From positions 1-64,000 of the forward strand of contig JAWBBW010000002.1 in the NCBI GenBank assembly GCA_038824035.1: 64,000 bases of DNA, given 5' to 3'. The notes under the pieces were generated by a model, which was not told the DNA's origin, did no database searches, and was given only the letters and a program-made list of their open reading frames with translations. Shown here piece by piece: positions 10,464 through 21,133 of this stretch (positions within the stretch are counted from its first letter, which is position 1; every line of letters begins with the position of its first letter). A program made the position numbers and the translations under genes. This DNA is from Desulfurococcaceae archaeon. GTDB lineage: Archaea; Thermoproteota; Thermoprotei_A; Sulfolobales; Desulfurococcaceae.

Positions 10464-11523
10464 TTATGTTTTTGACTATCATCATAAATTCCCCAGGCGT
10501 TAAAACTGGTTTATGAAAATCATATAAGTCATCTATGGGTAATCTTGGACAAGTGGTCACCACATAAGCATCCATATTCATCGCGTTATCTATTGCTATT
10601 AAACTCTCTTTATTCACATATGTCGATACTATCTTGAACACGTTCATCCCAGCCGAGATGGCCAATTCCTCGATATATTTAATCAGTACTGGTCTATATT
10701 GGCCTGGGCGTGAACCAATTACGATGCCAACGTTCTTTACCCCAGCGTATTTGACTTTATTTAATATAAATATCCTTTTCCTACGTATTTTCTCTATTTC
10801 AGGATTCACTACCCATGTTCTCCAAGAATATGGGTCAAAGGCTATTACTTTTTTATTAGATATCAATCCTAGTCCATATGGGTGGAAAAGCCCTCCAGAT
10901 ATTACCACATGAACGTCGACTAGATCATCAAGGCTCATGACATTGCTGTAATAGCAACCTAAGATTGGTTCATGTATTTCATATACCTCATAGCCTTTCT
11001 CCCTGAGATAATTAACCACGTAATTCCTTATCCTGGTTTCTATGACCGTGGATGAGACAGTCAATTTCTTAGCATTATTAGCACCGAGTTCTTTATCCAA
11101 CTCTGTTAAAATAGTGTCGGGTGGTTTGACTTTATAGTATACTGGCAAGTATATGATCTCTATGAACGGTTTAAAACCTGGTCCAAGGATGTACCTTGAA
11201 TGGCCAATATGGATAATTAGATCCGCTCCTATCGCGCTTGCCTCTTCGAAAGGAATATCACATGCCCCATAGCCAGGGCTCGTGGAGAAATATACGTTAC
11301 ATACATTCCCCAATATTCTCTGAATGCATTTATATAAAGGCTTAAGCCCATCAGGTGCATGTAATAAAATAGATTTCCCAGGACACTTCTCCATCAATAC
11401 ATTAACGTTATCTTCGGCTATTTCATAGAGATCACAAATATCACTGACTATGTAATAATGATCCAAAGAAGACACGAAAGCCCCTACCACACAGTTATGG
11501 TGGCTGAGGTTGTTTTTCAACAC
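10438..11523 (-). CDS. dph2: Diphthamide biosynthesis enzyme Dph2
   Basis: [31 protein letters not shown] motifs. Confidence 0.94.
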   Translation of the reverse strand: MLKNNLSHHNCVVGAFVSSLDHYYIVSDICDLYEIAEDNVNVLMEKCPGKSILLHAPDGLKPLYKCIQRILGNVCNVYFSTSPGYGACDIPFEEASAIGADLIIHIGHSRYILGPGFKPFIEIIYLPVYYKVKPPDTILTELDKELGANNAKKLTVSSTVIETRIRNYVVNYLREKGYEVYEIHEPILGCYYSNVMSLDDLVDVHVVISGGLFHPYGLGLISNKKVIAFDPYSWRTWVVNPEIEKIRRKRIFILNKVKYAGVKNVGIVIGSRPGQYRPVLIKYIEELAISAGMNVFKIVSTYVNKESLIAIDNAMNMDAYVVTTCPRLPIDDLYDFHKPVLTPGEFMMIVKNINDKYIYPW

Positions 11524-12037
11524 GTACTATTGGCTTAAGTTGTTCAACAACTATTGATGTAGGAAGAGGTAGCTTGGATGCCGCTATTTTTAAGGCTTTT
11601 TTACCGAGATCTAGGTGCTCGGCCTTTACCCTCAGTATTAAGATCTCCTGTCCTGGGTAAACCCTTGCAGCAGTTCCTATTGGTTTTCCAAATGCAAGTC
11701 TCATCCCATCTTGCAATCGATCCGCACCTGCGAAAGCCATCATTTTGTTTTCACGTAGAACATGATGTGGATATATTACAACCTTTAAGTAGAATTCTGT
11801 CTCCCCTATTACACTACTAATAGTCTTTAATGCTATCACACGAGCTGCTTCGAGTGCATTATGTCTGATTTGACCAGCCTCTTTCGCTATCAGCTTTAAT
11901 TCATATGCATAGTCATTATTTAACTTGCCCATTTCAAACTTGGAGATCTTTGGTGGTGGAATGCCTGGAATATATTCTCTCCTGGTATATGGAGGGCCAC
12001 TGAAATGGGTATAACATCTCGCCGGCCTCAAAGGCAT
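11495..12037 (-). CDS. rpl10e: 50S ribosomal protein L10e (uL16)
   Basis: [25 protein letters not shown]. Confidence 0.98.
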   Translation of the reverse strand: MPLRPARCYTHFSGPPYTRREYIPGIPPPKISKFEMGKLNNDYAYELKLIAKEAGQIRHNALEAARVIALKTISSVIGETEFYLKVVIYPHHVLRENKMMAFAGADRLQDGMRLAFGKPIGTAARVYPGQEILILRVKAEHLDLGKKALKIAASKLPLPTSIVVEQLKPIVRVEKQPQPP

Positions 12038-12173
12038 TATTAACCACCTTGGTTCATAACCCTCTAAAATTCTTAAAAAAGCTTATAAAGTTAAAACGCT
12101 TTTAAGCCAGGGCTTTTCTTGTTAACTGGTTAAGATTTATTTCCCCCAAAAATAATCTTAAGCAAGATGAGAG

Positions 12174-12271
12174 GCGGGGGTGCCCGAGCTTGGCCAAAGG
12201 GGGCGGACTCAAGTAGCCCAGGAGAGATCCGCTGGCGTAGGCCTGCGTGGGTTCAAATCCCACCCCCCGCA
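12174..12271 (+). tRNA. tRNA-Leu(CAA) with 13-nt intron (12214-12226)
   Basis: GCGGA-CTCAAG[tagcccaggagag]A-TCCGC anticodon arm, long variable arm, GGTTCAAATCC T-arm. Confidence 0.95.
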
Positions 12272-12369
12272 TTATCTCCTGATCAAACAAGGTTTTATTT
12301 AATGTTCATAATGATGGAGAAGTAGAAAATAGTTAAAGAAAATATGGAATAAATAAACAAAGAGAATTA

Positions 12370-13920
12370 TCACGAAGATGCTACTTGAGCTTTCCATGCC
12401 TCCAATATCTTTAATATTTCATCCTGGATGGCTCTGGCCGCGTCCTCTGGTGTTATGGTGGCTTGTATTAGGCTATCGTGATACGTTGTGAGGACATCGT
12501 TTATTTGATATATTAGTTCATGATGGGCCTGGAATTTATAACCCCATTCAAATACCTGGAAACTCCACATTTGCCTAGACTTGGATCCCATCTCGCCTAC
12601 AAGTTCTTTAGCTTTTTGAATATAAATGGGTTGGGCAGCCGCTACTGCTGGCACATGACCTGCCTTAATACCCCAATAAGCAGCGTTTATCTCGGGTTAG
12701 AAGATGTATTGGAAGAACACCTTTATCGCTTGCATTACCTTGGGATCTCTTGTAGCTCTTACTGTTATTTCTAAGTTATGTAATTGGCCGAAGGTGCCAC
12801 CCTCTTTTCTAAGCAATGGTATAGCACCATATGGGCAACCACCTTCTATTATGTCGAATGAAGCCATCATCCATGGGCCATTATACCATGAGAATATCTG
12901 CCCACCAGCCAGGCAGTTAGCTAGATCTGACCATGGCACGATCTTCCATATCCCATTTACACTTATATCGTAGAAGAATCTCAGAACCTTTACAACATAG
13001 TCAGCGGTGAACTCTGGTTGTGGATTATCATCTGTCCCCTTACCAGCCCATGGATTCTTGGGGAATAAACCCCACATGTCCCAAGCCCAGCTCTGCTGTC
13101 CTGCAGGTATGATATCAGCTGGTAGCTTGGGCTTTACCTCGTTTTTATACCATGCCCAAAGATCATCCAATGTGTCCAGTGGCCTATCCCAGCATGGTAG
13201 GTTGTATACTTCACAGGCTGGTGGTGGTATTTTTATGCCGTATTTCTGTGCTAAGTCAACTCTAAAGTATATGAGTAATGGATGGATATCCCATGGCAAG
13301 CAAAGCACTTTGCCATCCCATACACATCTCCCCCATGATATTGGGTCGAACATTTCTTTTCTAAAGCCGATCTCTCTAACCAAGTTATCTAGTGGAGCCA
13401 GGAACGGCTTCATTAATGGTATTTCCTCAGTGTGGGTAAGTAATAAATGTGGCAATGACTCTATATCACCAGCTCTCCATGTGGCGACAAGCCTGGCAAA
13501 AAGGTCAGCCCAGTATACTGTTGTCCTTCTAACCTGGATTCTTCCCTGTGTGTAGTTCTGGAACATGTAAACTATGTCATCGTATACGTATCCATCTCCA
13601 CCCGTTAGTCCATCCCATTGATCTATTATAACTGTTTCCGGAAACGCTTTTAATATCTCCTCAGTTGAAGGTGGTGGAGGAGGGGCTGGATAAGCCGGCG
13701 TGGTTGTTGGTGTAGGGGTGGGAGTAGGCGTAGAAGGCGTCGTTTGCGTTACTGTCGTTGTCGTGGTTTCTCTTATGATAATAGTTGATATAACGGTTAT
13801 TGGAGATGTAATAGTGGATAACTGTGTAATGGTGGTAACGGTACCGCTGGCGATGAAATATGTCACTATGTTTGACCCATGATCAATGATGACTTTTTCA
13901 TAGACATGAGTATATATCAC
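12370..13920 (-). pseudogene. Carbohydrate ABC-transporter extracellular solute-binding protein, interrupted by in-frame TAA (12697-12699)
   Basis: Thr/Pro-rich linker; SBP family-1 motifs (LPWDIHPLLIYFRxDL, NGPWM). The frame continues past the stop as PEINAAYWGIKAGHVPA into ORF 12370-12654. Confidence 0.8.
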
Positions 13921-14045
13921 CTGGTGTTACATCGAGAGCTATATAATATAATAACTTTTATTTAACAGGCTCAGATACTATAACAGGGCAAGAACAAGGC
14001 TATTTAAACTGGTTACCAGTCTACTTTATCGTGGTGTTTTTACTT

Positions 14046-15383
14046 ATGGTATTTGAGGGCATTAAAACGGCTATTAGTAAGTTTCTGAAAAAGGATCGAT
14101 ATGAAGAAGCTGTTCAAGAATTCATCAAGGAATTACAGAAAGAATTAGTCCGCTCCGATATTAATTTAAAAATAGCTATTGAGCTAACAAATAGAATTAG
14201 ACAGAGAGCATTAAACGAAGAACCTCCTCCAGGTGTTTCCAGGAAGAACTGGTTCCTGACAATTGTCTATGAGGAATTGACAAAGGTTCTCGGAGGGGAA
14301 AGGAAGCCGCAAGTCAAGCCCCCGAAGAAACCCTGGACATTGTTGCTGGTAGGTCTACAAGGTAGTGGCAAAACAACGACTGCTGCTAAACTTGCATATT
14401 TCTATAAATTAAGTGGTTACAAGGTAGGGCTCGTTGCCGCCGATACCTATAGACCAGCTGCATACGAGCAATTGAAACAATTAGGCGATCAAATAGGCAT
14501 TCCCGTGTACGGGGAGCCTGGAAACAAGGATTCCATAGCAATAGCCCTTAATGGAACGAGATATTTTTCCGAGAAAGGCTTCGATATAATTATCATAGAT
14601 ACGGCTGGAAGACATCATAGAGAAGAAGAGTTACTGGATGAAATGAAACTAATTAACAAATTAGTCAAACCAGATGAGGTCATGTTGATCATAGATGCAT
14701 CGATGGGTCAACAAGCATATAACGTGGCCAAGAAATTCCATGAAACAGTCCATATAGGTTCAATAGTGATCACAAAACTCGATGGAACAGCTAAAGGCGG
14801 TGGTGCGTTATCAGCTGTTGCCGCAACAGGTGCCATTATAAAATTTATTGGTACTGGCGAAAAGGTGGATGAACTAGAAGTCTTCAACCCATCCAGGTTT
14901 ATATCTAGAATACTTGGCCTGGGTGATATAGAGGGGCTCGTGGAATCCGTGAGGCGCGCTAAGTTAGAGTTCACAGAAGAGGATTTGAAACAACTAGTAG
15001 AAGGTAAAATAAACATGCGGCTCGTATATAAACAGTTAATCAACCTGCAGAAATTGGGCCCTCTCAGGAAAATAATGCAAATGATTCCGGGTTTGGAGCT
15101 TAAGACTCCTTTCGAGATCGATCCAAAAGAATTGGAAAAAAAGATGAAAAAATGGATAGCCATAATAAACTCCATGACCTATGAAGAACTAGATAACCCA
15201 GATATCATTGATAGATCCAGAATGAAACGAATAGCCCACGGTGCCGGGGTAGAAATTAACGATGTTAGAGAATTGATCCGGCAATACGAGTTAATGAAGA
15301 AATTAAGCAAGCAATTAAGAAGAAAAGAATTATTGAAAAAGCTTGGATTGAAACTTGATTTAAAGGGCATAGATACAAATTAA
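14046..15383 (+). CDS. srp54: Signal recognition particle protein SRP54
   Basis: GLQGSGKTTT, DTAGRH, TKLDGTAKGGGALS, Met-rich M domain. Confidence 0.98.
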   Translation: MVFEGIKTAISKFLKKDRYEEAVQEFIKELQKELVRSDINLKIAIELTNRIRQRALNEEPPPGVSRKNWFLTIVYEELTKVLGGERKPQVKPPKKPWTLLLVGLQGSGKTTTAAKLAYFYKLSGYKVGLVAADTYRPAAYEQLKQLGDQIGIPVYGEPGNKDSIAIALNGTRYFSEKGFDIIIIDTAGRHHREEELLDEMKLINKLVKPDEVMLIIDASMGQQAYNVAKKFHETVHIGSIVITKLDGTAKGGGALSAVAATGAIIKFIGTGEKVDELEVFNPSRFISRILGLGDIEGLVESVRRAKLEFTEEDLKQLVEGKINMRLVYKQLINLQKLGPLRKIMQMIPGLELKTPFEIDPKELEKKMKKWIAIINSMTYEELDNPDIIDRSRMKRIAHGAGVEINDVRELIRQYELMKKLSKQLRRKELLKKLGLKLDLKGIDTN

Positions 15384-15386
15384 TGG

Positions 15387-16718
15387 GTGATCTCCATTAG
15401 CTATACAAATATTGTTGCCTATGTAATAGAGTTAGCCGAGAAAATATTGAGCGAATATCCACTTTGCGATCATTGCCTCGGTAGATTATTTTCAAGGTAT
15501 GGATTGAATATGAGCAATAAGAACCGGGGAATCTCTATTAAGACATTACTATCTATGAAAATACATTATGATTACGTAAATAATAGACAAAGAGACATTG
15601 AATACATACATACCTTGGCAAGTAATGGCGGAGGCCCTTTAATCTCATTATATAAGAAGATCGTAGGAAATAATATTGAACAAAAGAAATGTTACATATG
15701 TAAAGGTATTCTGAGCGAAAAACTATTCGAAGACATAGCTATCGAGATTGCCAATAGACTTCGGGAGCTGGATATCTCCACATTTATAATAGGGGTATCC
15801 ATGGACAAATCCATACTTGAACGCGAGTTCGAAATCCATGTAAAATACAACGTATTAAATACGTCGGAATCTATAAAAAACGAGATTAAACGAGAAATAG
15901 GTAAAAAAGTGAGAGATCTTATGAACCTTCAGCCAGATTTCAATAAGCCGGATATTGTTATAATCATAAATTTCGACCGTGATTTTAATCATCAGATATC
16001 CTTACAAATAAACCCTATATTCCTGAAAGGATATTATTGGAAACTTGCCCGTAACATATCACACGTACCGTGGTTTCTATCAGGAGGTAATAAAAAATAT
16101 CTATTGAGTATTCAGGAATTTATCGAGAAAAACGTGAAGGATCTTTATAAAGCGGATGAAGTGATCATACATGCCTCGGGCAGAGAAGATGTTGATGCCC
16201 GTATGCTGGGTTCAGGCAGACCTCTCGTAATAGAGATAAAAAATCCCAAAATAAGACAGATCGATCTAGATGAATTAAATAAGAAATTACACAGTGATCT
16301 CGTGAGAGTGTTGATCAATGGTATCGCCTCTAGAAAAGATATCGAGTTCTTAAAAGAATATGCCAAATATAAGAGGAAAATATATAGAGTGGTTGTATAC
16401 TCTAATAAAGACGTCTCACAAGAGGATTTAAAGAAAATAGAGGAACAATTTATTAACAAAGTCGTGAAGCAAAGAACCCCTCTAAGAATACTCAGAAGGA
16501 AAAAAGATAGGGAAAGAACACGAAAAGTATATAGCGTTAAAACAATACAGTTATCCAGTAAAGTTTTCGAAGCACTAATATACTGTGATGGAGGTCTATA
16601 CGTTAAGGAACTAGTGCACTGCGATGAAGGCAGAACAACGCCCTGTTTCGGAGACGTAATAAACTCGCTGGTAATACCACTGGAACTAGATGTAATTAAG
16701 ATCGAAGACCAGATTTAA
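15387..16718 (+). CDS. pus10: tRNA pseudouridine(54/55) synthase Pus10
   Basis: CDHCLGR, GREDVDARMLGSGRP, GGLYVKELV, GRTTP. Confidence 0.96.
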   Translation: MISISYTNIVAYVIELAEKILSEYPLCDHCLGRLFSRYGLNMSNKNRGISIKTLLSMKIHYDYVNNRQRDIEYIHTLASNGGGPLISLYKKIVGNNIEQKKCYICKGILSEKLFEDIAIEIANRLRELDISTFIIGVSMDKSILEREFEIHVKYNVLNTSESIKNEIKREIGKKVRDLMNLQPDFNKPDIVIIINFDRDFNHQISLQINPIFLKGYYWKLARNISHVPWFLSGGNKKYLLSIQEFIEKNVKDLYKADEVIIHASGREDVDARMLGSGRPLVIEIKNPKIRQIDLDELNKKLHSDLVRVLINGIASRKDIEFLKEYAKYKRKIYRVVVYSNKDVSQEDLKKIEEQFINKVVKQRTPLRILRRKKDRERTRKVYSVKTIQLSSKVFEALIYCDGGLYVKELVHCDEGRTTPCFGDVINSLVIPLELDVIKIEDQI

Positions 16719-16788
16719 TATAGGGAGTTTACAACATAAATGATATAAGCTTGTTCAATTAAAGAATATGAGTCGAGGGATTGACGAC

Positions 16789-17094
16789 ATGGTAAAGGCG
16801 CCAAAAGGCTATAGACATAGGACAAGGAAACTTTTGAAGAAAAATATAAGAGAAAAGGGAGCTGTTCCACCACTTAGCTTAGTGATGATATCGTATAAAG
16901 AGGGTGACAAAGTTCACATACAAATAAATCCATCTATTAATAGCGGAATGCCCCACCGAAGATATCACGGTAAAACAGGAATAATAGTTGGCAAACGAGG
17001 CAAGTGCTATATAGTTAAAGTCCATTTAGGCAATAAGGAGAAATTACTATTCATCCGTCCAGAACACTTGCGGCCAGTTTTGACGCAAAATTGA
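16789..17094 (+). CDS. rpl21e: 50S ribosomal protein L21e
   Basis: GYRHRTRKLL, GMPHRRYHGKTG, RPEHL. Confidence 0.98.
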   Translation: MVKAPKGYRHRTRKLLKKNIREKGAVPPLSLVMISYKEGDKVHIQINPSINSGMPHRRYHGKTGIIVGKRGKCYIVKVHLGNKEKLLFIRPEHLRPVLTQN

Positions 17095-17141
17095 TATAAA
17101 ACCAGTTGTTCCACATTATATGAATATGTTTGGTGTTTACC

Positions 17142-17525
17142 ATGTCTAGCATTATAAAACTGCGAGTAGAAAAGGAAGAGCTTATCTCGAATTCTGAAGC
17201 ATATTATTACTTAAAGAATGCCATTGAAAAGATCCGAGAGGAGACAGGCTCCGTTCCCCTTATCATGTCCAGGGTTCTTGAATACCTAAAGGAGTTTTCT
17301 AAAATACCTTTTGAAGACGTAGAAAAGGTTAGAAAATATCTTGTTTCTAAAGGGTTAAAAGCAGAGACCATAGTCATGATCATAAATATCTGCCCAATGG
17401 ACATAGACGAGTTGAGATCACTTATGGAGTTTGAAGAAAAGGTTTATGAAGAATCTGTGCTAAATGAGATCGTTAATTATCTTAAGAACTACTGTGTCTC
17501 AGGGGAAAAACACGAGAACGTCTAA
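17142..17525 (+). CDS. rpoF: RNA polymerase subunit F (Rpo4)
   Basis: YLKEFSK...IINICPxxxDELRSL; conserved position after rpl21e. Confidence 0.9.
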   Translation: MSSIIKLRVEKEELISNSEAYYYLKNAIEKIREETGSVPLIMSRVLEYLKEFSKIPFEDVEKVRKYLVSKGLKAETIVMIINICPMDIDELRSLMEFEEKVYEESVLNEIVNYLKNYCVSGEKHENV

Positions 17526-17573
17526 AAATGTTTTGCATCATATAATTTGTTAGAGAGTCATAAGGGTGTTTAT

Positions 17574-18212
17574 TTGTCTAGGTATTTTCGCGAAAAACCA
17601 CCTTTCCGTAGGCATGAAGAGCGAAAAGAACCGAGCCTATATGTTTTGGATTATTTAGAGCTAGGTAACCCTAGTGATATCCACATCGAACACAAGAATC
17701 AACCGTTCATTCAAGGCATAGGTACTAAGTATTTCACTTTGTTGGAAGCAACCCCCTTACCAGCCATTAGAATAGATGTCCTCGAGAAAATAGATCTAGG
17801 ATTTCCCAGTAAGATAAAAAGACTAATACCAATTTCTTATGAAGAATTAACCAGTGTTGCGAAAACAAATCTCGTGGAGGCCTTGAGGAGGATATTGATG
17901 GAAAATGAAATTGTTTTTGTCGAATTCTTTAACATAGCACAGCCGATAAATATCAGGCTACATGCCCTCGAGTTATTACCGGACATAGGTAAGAAAACAA
18001 TGAACCAAATACTCGAAGCACGCATGGTCAAAAAATTCTCGAGTTTCAACGATATTAAGGAGCGTGTTAAAATAGATCCAGTTAAGGCTTTGATGAATAG
18101 GTTGATCAAGGAGCTCGAAGGGAATGAAAAATACTACCTTTTCATAAAGCCTAGGAAAAAAGACGTTATATATCTCGCTTATTTGGAGAAACTATATGGA
18201 GAATCGTTTTAA
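17574..18212 (+). CDS. DUF655 family putative RNA-binding protein (HhH)
   Basis: VLDYL, FTLLE, FFNxAxPIxIRLHALELLPxIGKK. Confidence 0.9.
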   Translation: MSRYFREKPPFRRHEERKEPSLYVLDYLELGNPSDIHIEHKNQPFIQGIGTKYFTLLEATPLPAIRIDVLEKIDLGFPSKIKRLIPISYEELTSVAKTNLVEALRRILMENEIVFVEFFNIAQPINIRLHALELLPDIGKKTMNQILEARMVKKFSSFNDIKERVKIDPVKALMNRLIKELEGNEKYYLFIKPRKKDVIYLAYLEKLYGESF

Positions 18213-19032
18213 CGATGGAATATTTCGAACCAGAGAATCTTTATACAAATGGACAAGAAATATCCTGAGAAAATATGGGATCAAACCTATTAAAAAACTA
18301 AGCCAAAATTTCATCATAGACCCTATTCTATTAAATAACATCAGGTCTCATGTCATGAAATTGAGCACACTCGAGATCGGTTGTGGAATAGGCACACTTA
18401 CATTGGCATTAATAAATACTGTTAATAAATTGATATGTATAGAAATAGATCAAAGGATGCTCAGCGTTATCGCCGACAACATCATTTCTCCAAATCTCAT
18501 AGCTGTTAACGCTGATGTGAGACGTTTTCTGCCTGATGTTGAACAAGTGGTCTCGAATATACCTTACCACATCACTTCTGATATATTGATTGAAATAGCC
18601 AGAAACAACAGTATTCAACATGTCGTCATCACTGTTCAAAAAGAAGTGGCTGATAGGATAATGTCGAGCCCTGGTTCAAAGGCGTATGGCAAAATAACGA
18701 TATTGATCAATGTACTCTTCGATGTCAAAATAAGCGGTATATACCCTCCATCGAGTTTTTACCCGGCACCTAGTGTCTATCATGCATTATTGGTGATGAA
18801 TAGGAAGAAAAAATATGATGAAAACATTCGTTTTCTGGAGAGATTAGTAAAGACGCTATTCACGCAGAGAAGAAAGCGTATAGAGAGGATCTTACAGAAA
18901 TTCGTTAATATCGATATCCATGAACTAGGCGAAGTTGGAAAATCTATTATTGGGAAAAGAGTATATGAGGTTGACTGGGATACCTACTATCGCCTAGCAA
19001 ATCATTTACTGCAAATGGGCGCTGAGATATGA
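18196..19032 (+). CDS. rsmA: 16S rRNA adenine dimethyltransferase KsgA/Dim1
   Basis: LSQNFI, EIGCGIG, SNIPYHIT, QKEVADR. Confidence 0.95.
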   Translation: MENRFNDGIFRTRESLYKWTRNILRKYGIKPIKKLSQNFIIDPILLNNIRSHVMKLSTLEIGCGIGTLTLALINTVNKLICIEIDQRMLSVIADNIISPNLIAVNADVRRFLPDVEQVVSNIPYHITSDILIEIARNNSIQHVVITVQKEVADRIMSSPGSKAYGKITILINVLFDVKISGIYPPSSFYPAPSVYHALLVMNRKKKYDENIRFLERLVKTLFTQRRKRIERILQKFVNIDIHELGEVGKSIIGKRVYEVDWDTYYRLANHLLQMGAEI

Positions 19033-19628
19033 GTATTGAAAAACACATTAGACTGGAATATAAAGGTGACGTGTATAGACCCAGCGATGACACGTGGTTA
19101 CTCATCGAATTGTTGAAAAATAGAAAACCCAAAGGGGAAACATGCGTGGACCTGGGATCGGGATCTGGGATCATAGGCATATATGCGCTCCTTGAGAACA
19201 TGTGTAAGAGAATGGTATTCGTAGATATCGCAGAGGACGCCGTTGAGACAACGTTGATCAATACCTTTATAAACAATGTTCACTGGAAATCTCTGATCAT
19301 TTTATCTAACGAGAGATCTATAAGGGAAAGGTCAATTGATTTGGTGTTCGCGAATCCCCCTTATCTACCAACATACTCTGAGAATTACCGAGACATAGCT
19401 GTTAATGGAGGTGTTGAAGGATATGAAACCGTGCTTTATTTCATAGATTACGCCTCAGAGATCCTTGCCGATAATGGAAAGCTGTATCTAGTTTATTCAT
19501 CGCTTTCGAAGCCATCTATAATACTTAAGCATTTAGAGGAAAAAATGTTTGTCGAAAAACAGCGGATTCATAGGAAATTTTTCTTTGAAACAATCCATGC
19601 AGTGGAGTGTGAGAAACATGAAAATTAG
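19029..19628 (+). CDS. HemK2/Mtq2-like protein glutamine methyltransferase
   Basis: VYRPSDDTWLL, DLGSGSG, NPPYLP. Confidence 0.9.
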   Translation: MSIEKHIRLEYKGDVYRPSDDTWLLIELLKNRKPKGETCVDLGSGSGIIGIYALLENMCKRMVFVDIAEDAVETTLINTFINNVHWKSLIILSNERSIRERSIDLVFANPPYLPTYSENYRDIAVNGGVEGYETVLYFIDYASEILADNGKLYLVYSSLSKPSIILKHLEEKMFVEKQRIHRKFFFETIHAVECEKHEN

Positions 19629-20325
19629 AGTTGTACTAGTTGGTATAGAAGGGTCAGCGAATTTAGGCATGATTGCACGTACATGCGTCAATTTCAATAT
19701 AAAGGAGCTCTACCTCGTTAACCCGCTGGCAAACATCGAGGAAGCCATTAAGTATTCCGCTAAAGGCAAAGAATTATTACTCAACTGCAAGATTGTAACC
19801 AGCATAGAGGAGGCTGTAAAGGACGTTGAACTATCTGTTGCAACTAGTTCCATTGGGTTCAGGGAGGGTGATGTGCTTAGACAGGCTATTTCAATAGAGG
19901 ACTTTGTAAACAAAATAACTCCGCGGACAGAGAAAATAGCCATTATCTTTGGAAGAGAAAGCAGTGGATTGACCCGTGATGAAATAGAAAAAGCAGATAT
20001 ACTTGTAACCATACCAGCTAACCCAGAATACCCTGTTTTAAACATAGCTCAATCAGTGGCAATTTTCTTATGGGAGATGTGGAAACGAATCAATATCCAA
20101 CCCGCCAACATTCCCACAAGGGCTGGTAAAGAGGAATTAGAGAAGATCACCAAAATAATAGAAAATATCTCAAGGACGGTTTTATCAACAGATGATAAGA
20201 TAAGGAAAATATTAATACTGTGGAAAAGAATTCTAGCTCGTTCCACACTTTCTCAGTATGAAGCAAGGCTACTAGAATATTGGTTACGGAAAATTGAACG
20301 TAGGTTATTTATAAAAAATAAGTAA
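19618..20325 (+). CDS. trmJ: TrmJ-family SPOUT tRNA 2'-O-methyltransferase
   Basis: NLGMIAR, FGRESSGL, EYPVLNIAQSV. Confidence 0.88.
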   Translation: MKIRVVLVGIEGSANLGMIARTCVNFNIKELYLVNPLANIEEAIKYSAKGKELLLNCKIVTSIEEAVKDVELSVATSSIGFREGDVLRQAISIEDFVNKITPRTEKIAIIFGRESSGLTRDEIEKADILVTIPANPEYPVLNIAQSVAIFLWEMWKRINIQPANIPTRAGKEELEKITKIIENISRTVLSTDDKIRKILILWKRILARSTLSQYEARLLEYWLRKIERRLFIKNK

Positions 20326-20349
20326 TAGAGGCTGACGCCATAACCGATC

Positions 20350-21030
20350 TCATGGCAATATAAGTGTACCTGGATTCCTACCTCTAAGTGCTTCGAATAT
20401 GAGCTCTGGTTCCTTGTAATGTAATAACTGTATCTCAATATTACTCCTAATGGCTAAGTCAAGTGCATGTATATCGATCAATACGTATTCGCCGGGTAAC
20501 ATTTTCTGCTCTATTATCTCTCTCAACTTACTGGCCTTGATAACGTCGAATGCCTTAGCATCAGGATATTTCTCTGGGTCTTTCTCATACACCTTGCCCA
20601 CAGCTGAGAAGTAATAAACCCTTCGAGCACCTACGGCCTCTGCTACTTCTAACAATACCGAAGCCGTGGACTGCCCCGGTATAAGACCGCCTAAGACTAC
20701 TACATCATTATATCTAAGAGCGCTTACTACTTCTACTATATCCCTAGACACGTGGGGATACGTATATGGTTGCAACCCAGCTATGAACAATAGGCCGTTG
20801 AGTGCTGAGACCCATATACCTATCTCGTCAAGCCAGTAATTAGAGTTTATGCCAAGTTCCCGAGCCAGTGTAATATATTTCCGCGCAATAGAACCGCCTC
20901 CAGTTACGATCACCAGCTTGTATTTTTCTTTTAACAACTTTAACATGACGTCCATGTAGCGGCTTATCAGCTGGAAACCTTCATCAAAGGCTTTCCCAGT
21001 TATTTTAAGCACCAATATCTCCATTGGCAC
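20350..21030 (-). CDS. pyrH: UMP kinase
   Basis: VTGGGSIARKYI, GGLIPGQST, VYEKDPxKYPDA. Confidence 0.93.
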   Translation of the reverse strand: MPMEILVLKITGKAFDEGFQLISRYMDVMLKLLKEKYKLVIVTGGGSIARKYITLARELGINSNYWLDEIGIWVSALNGLLFIAGLQPYTYPHVSRDIVEVVSALRYNDVVVLGGLIPGQSTASVLLEVAEAVGARRVYYFSAVGKVYEKDPEKYPDAKAFDVIKASKLREIIEQKMLPGEYVLIDIHALDLAIRSNIEIQLLHYKEPELIFEALRGRNPGTLILP

Positions 21031-21133
21031 ACCTCGTTTATTAATTCCATAAACTTATTAATTAAATTGAACATAATATTGAACAAAGTTAAAAACAATA
21101 AAGGTATTACGATAAATCATCTAAGGTGTATAA

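Noticed and set aside
12697-12699. Selenocysteine or pyrrolysine recoding
   Set aside because: The stop is TAA, not TGA or TAG
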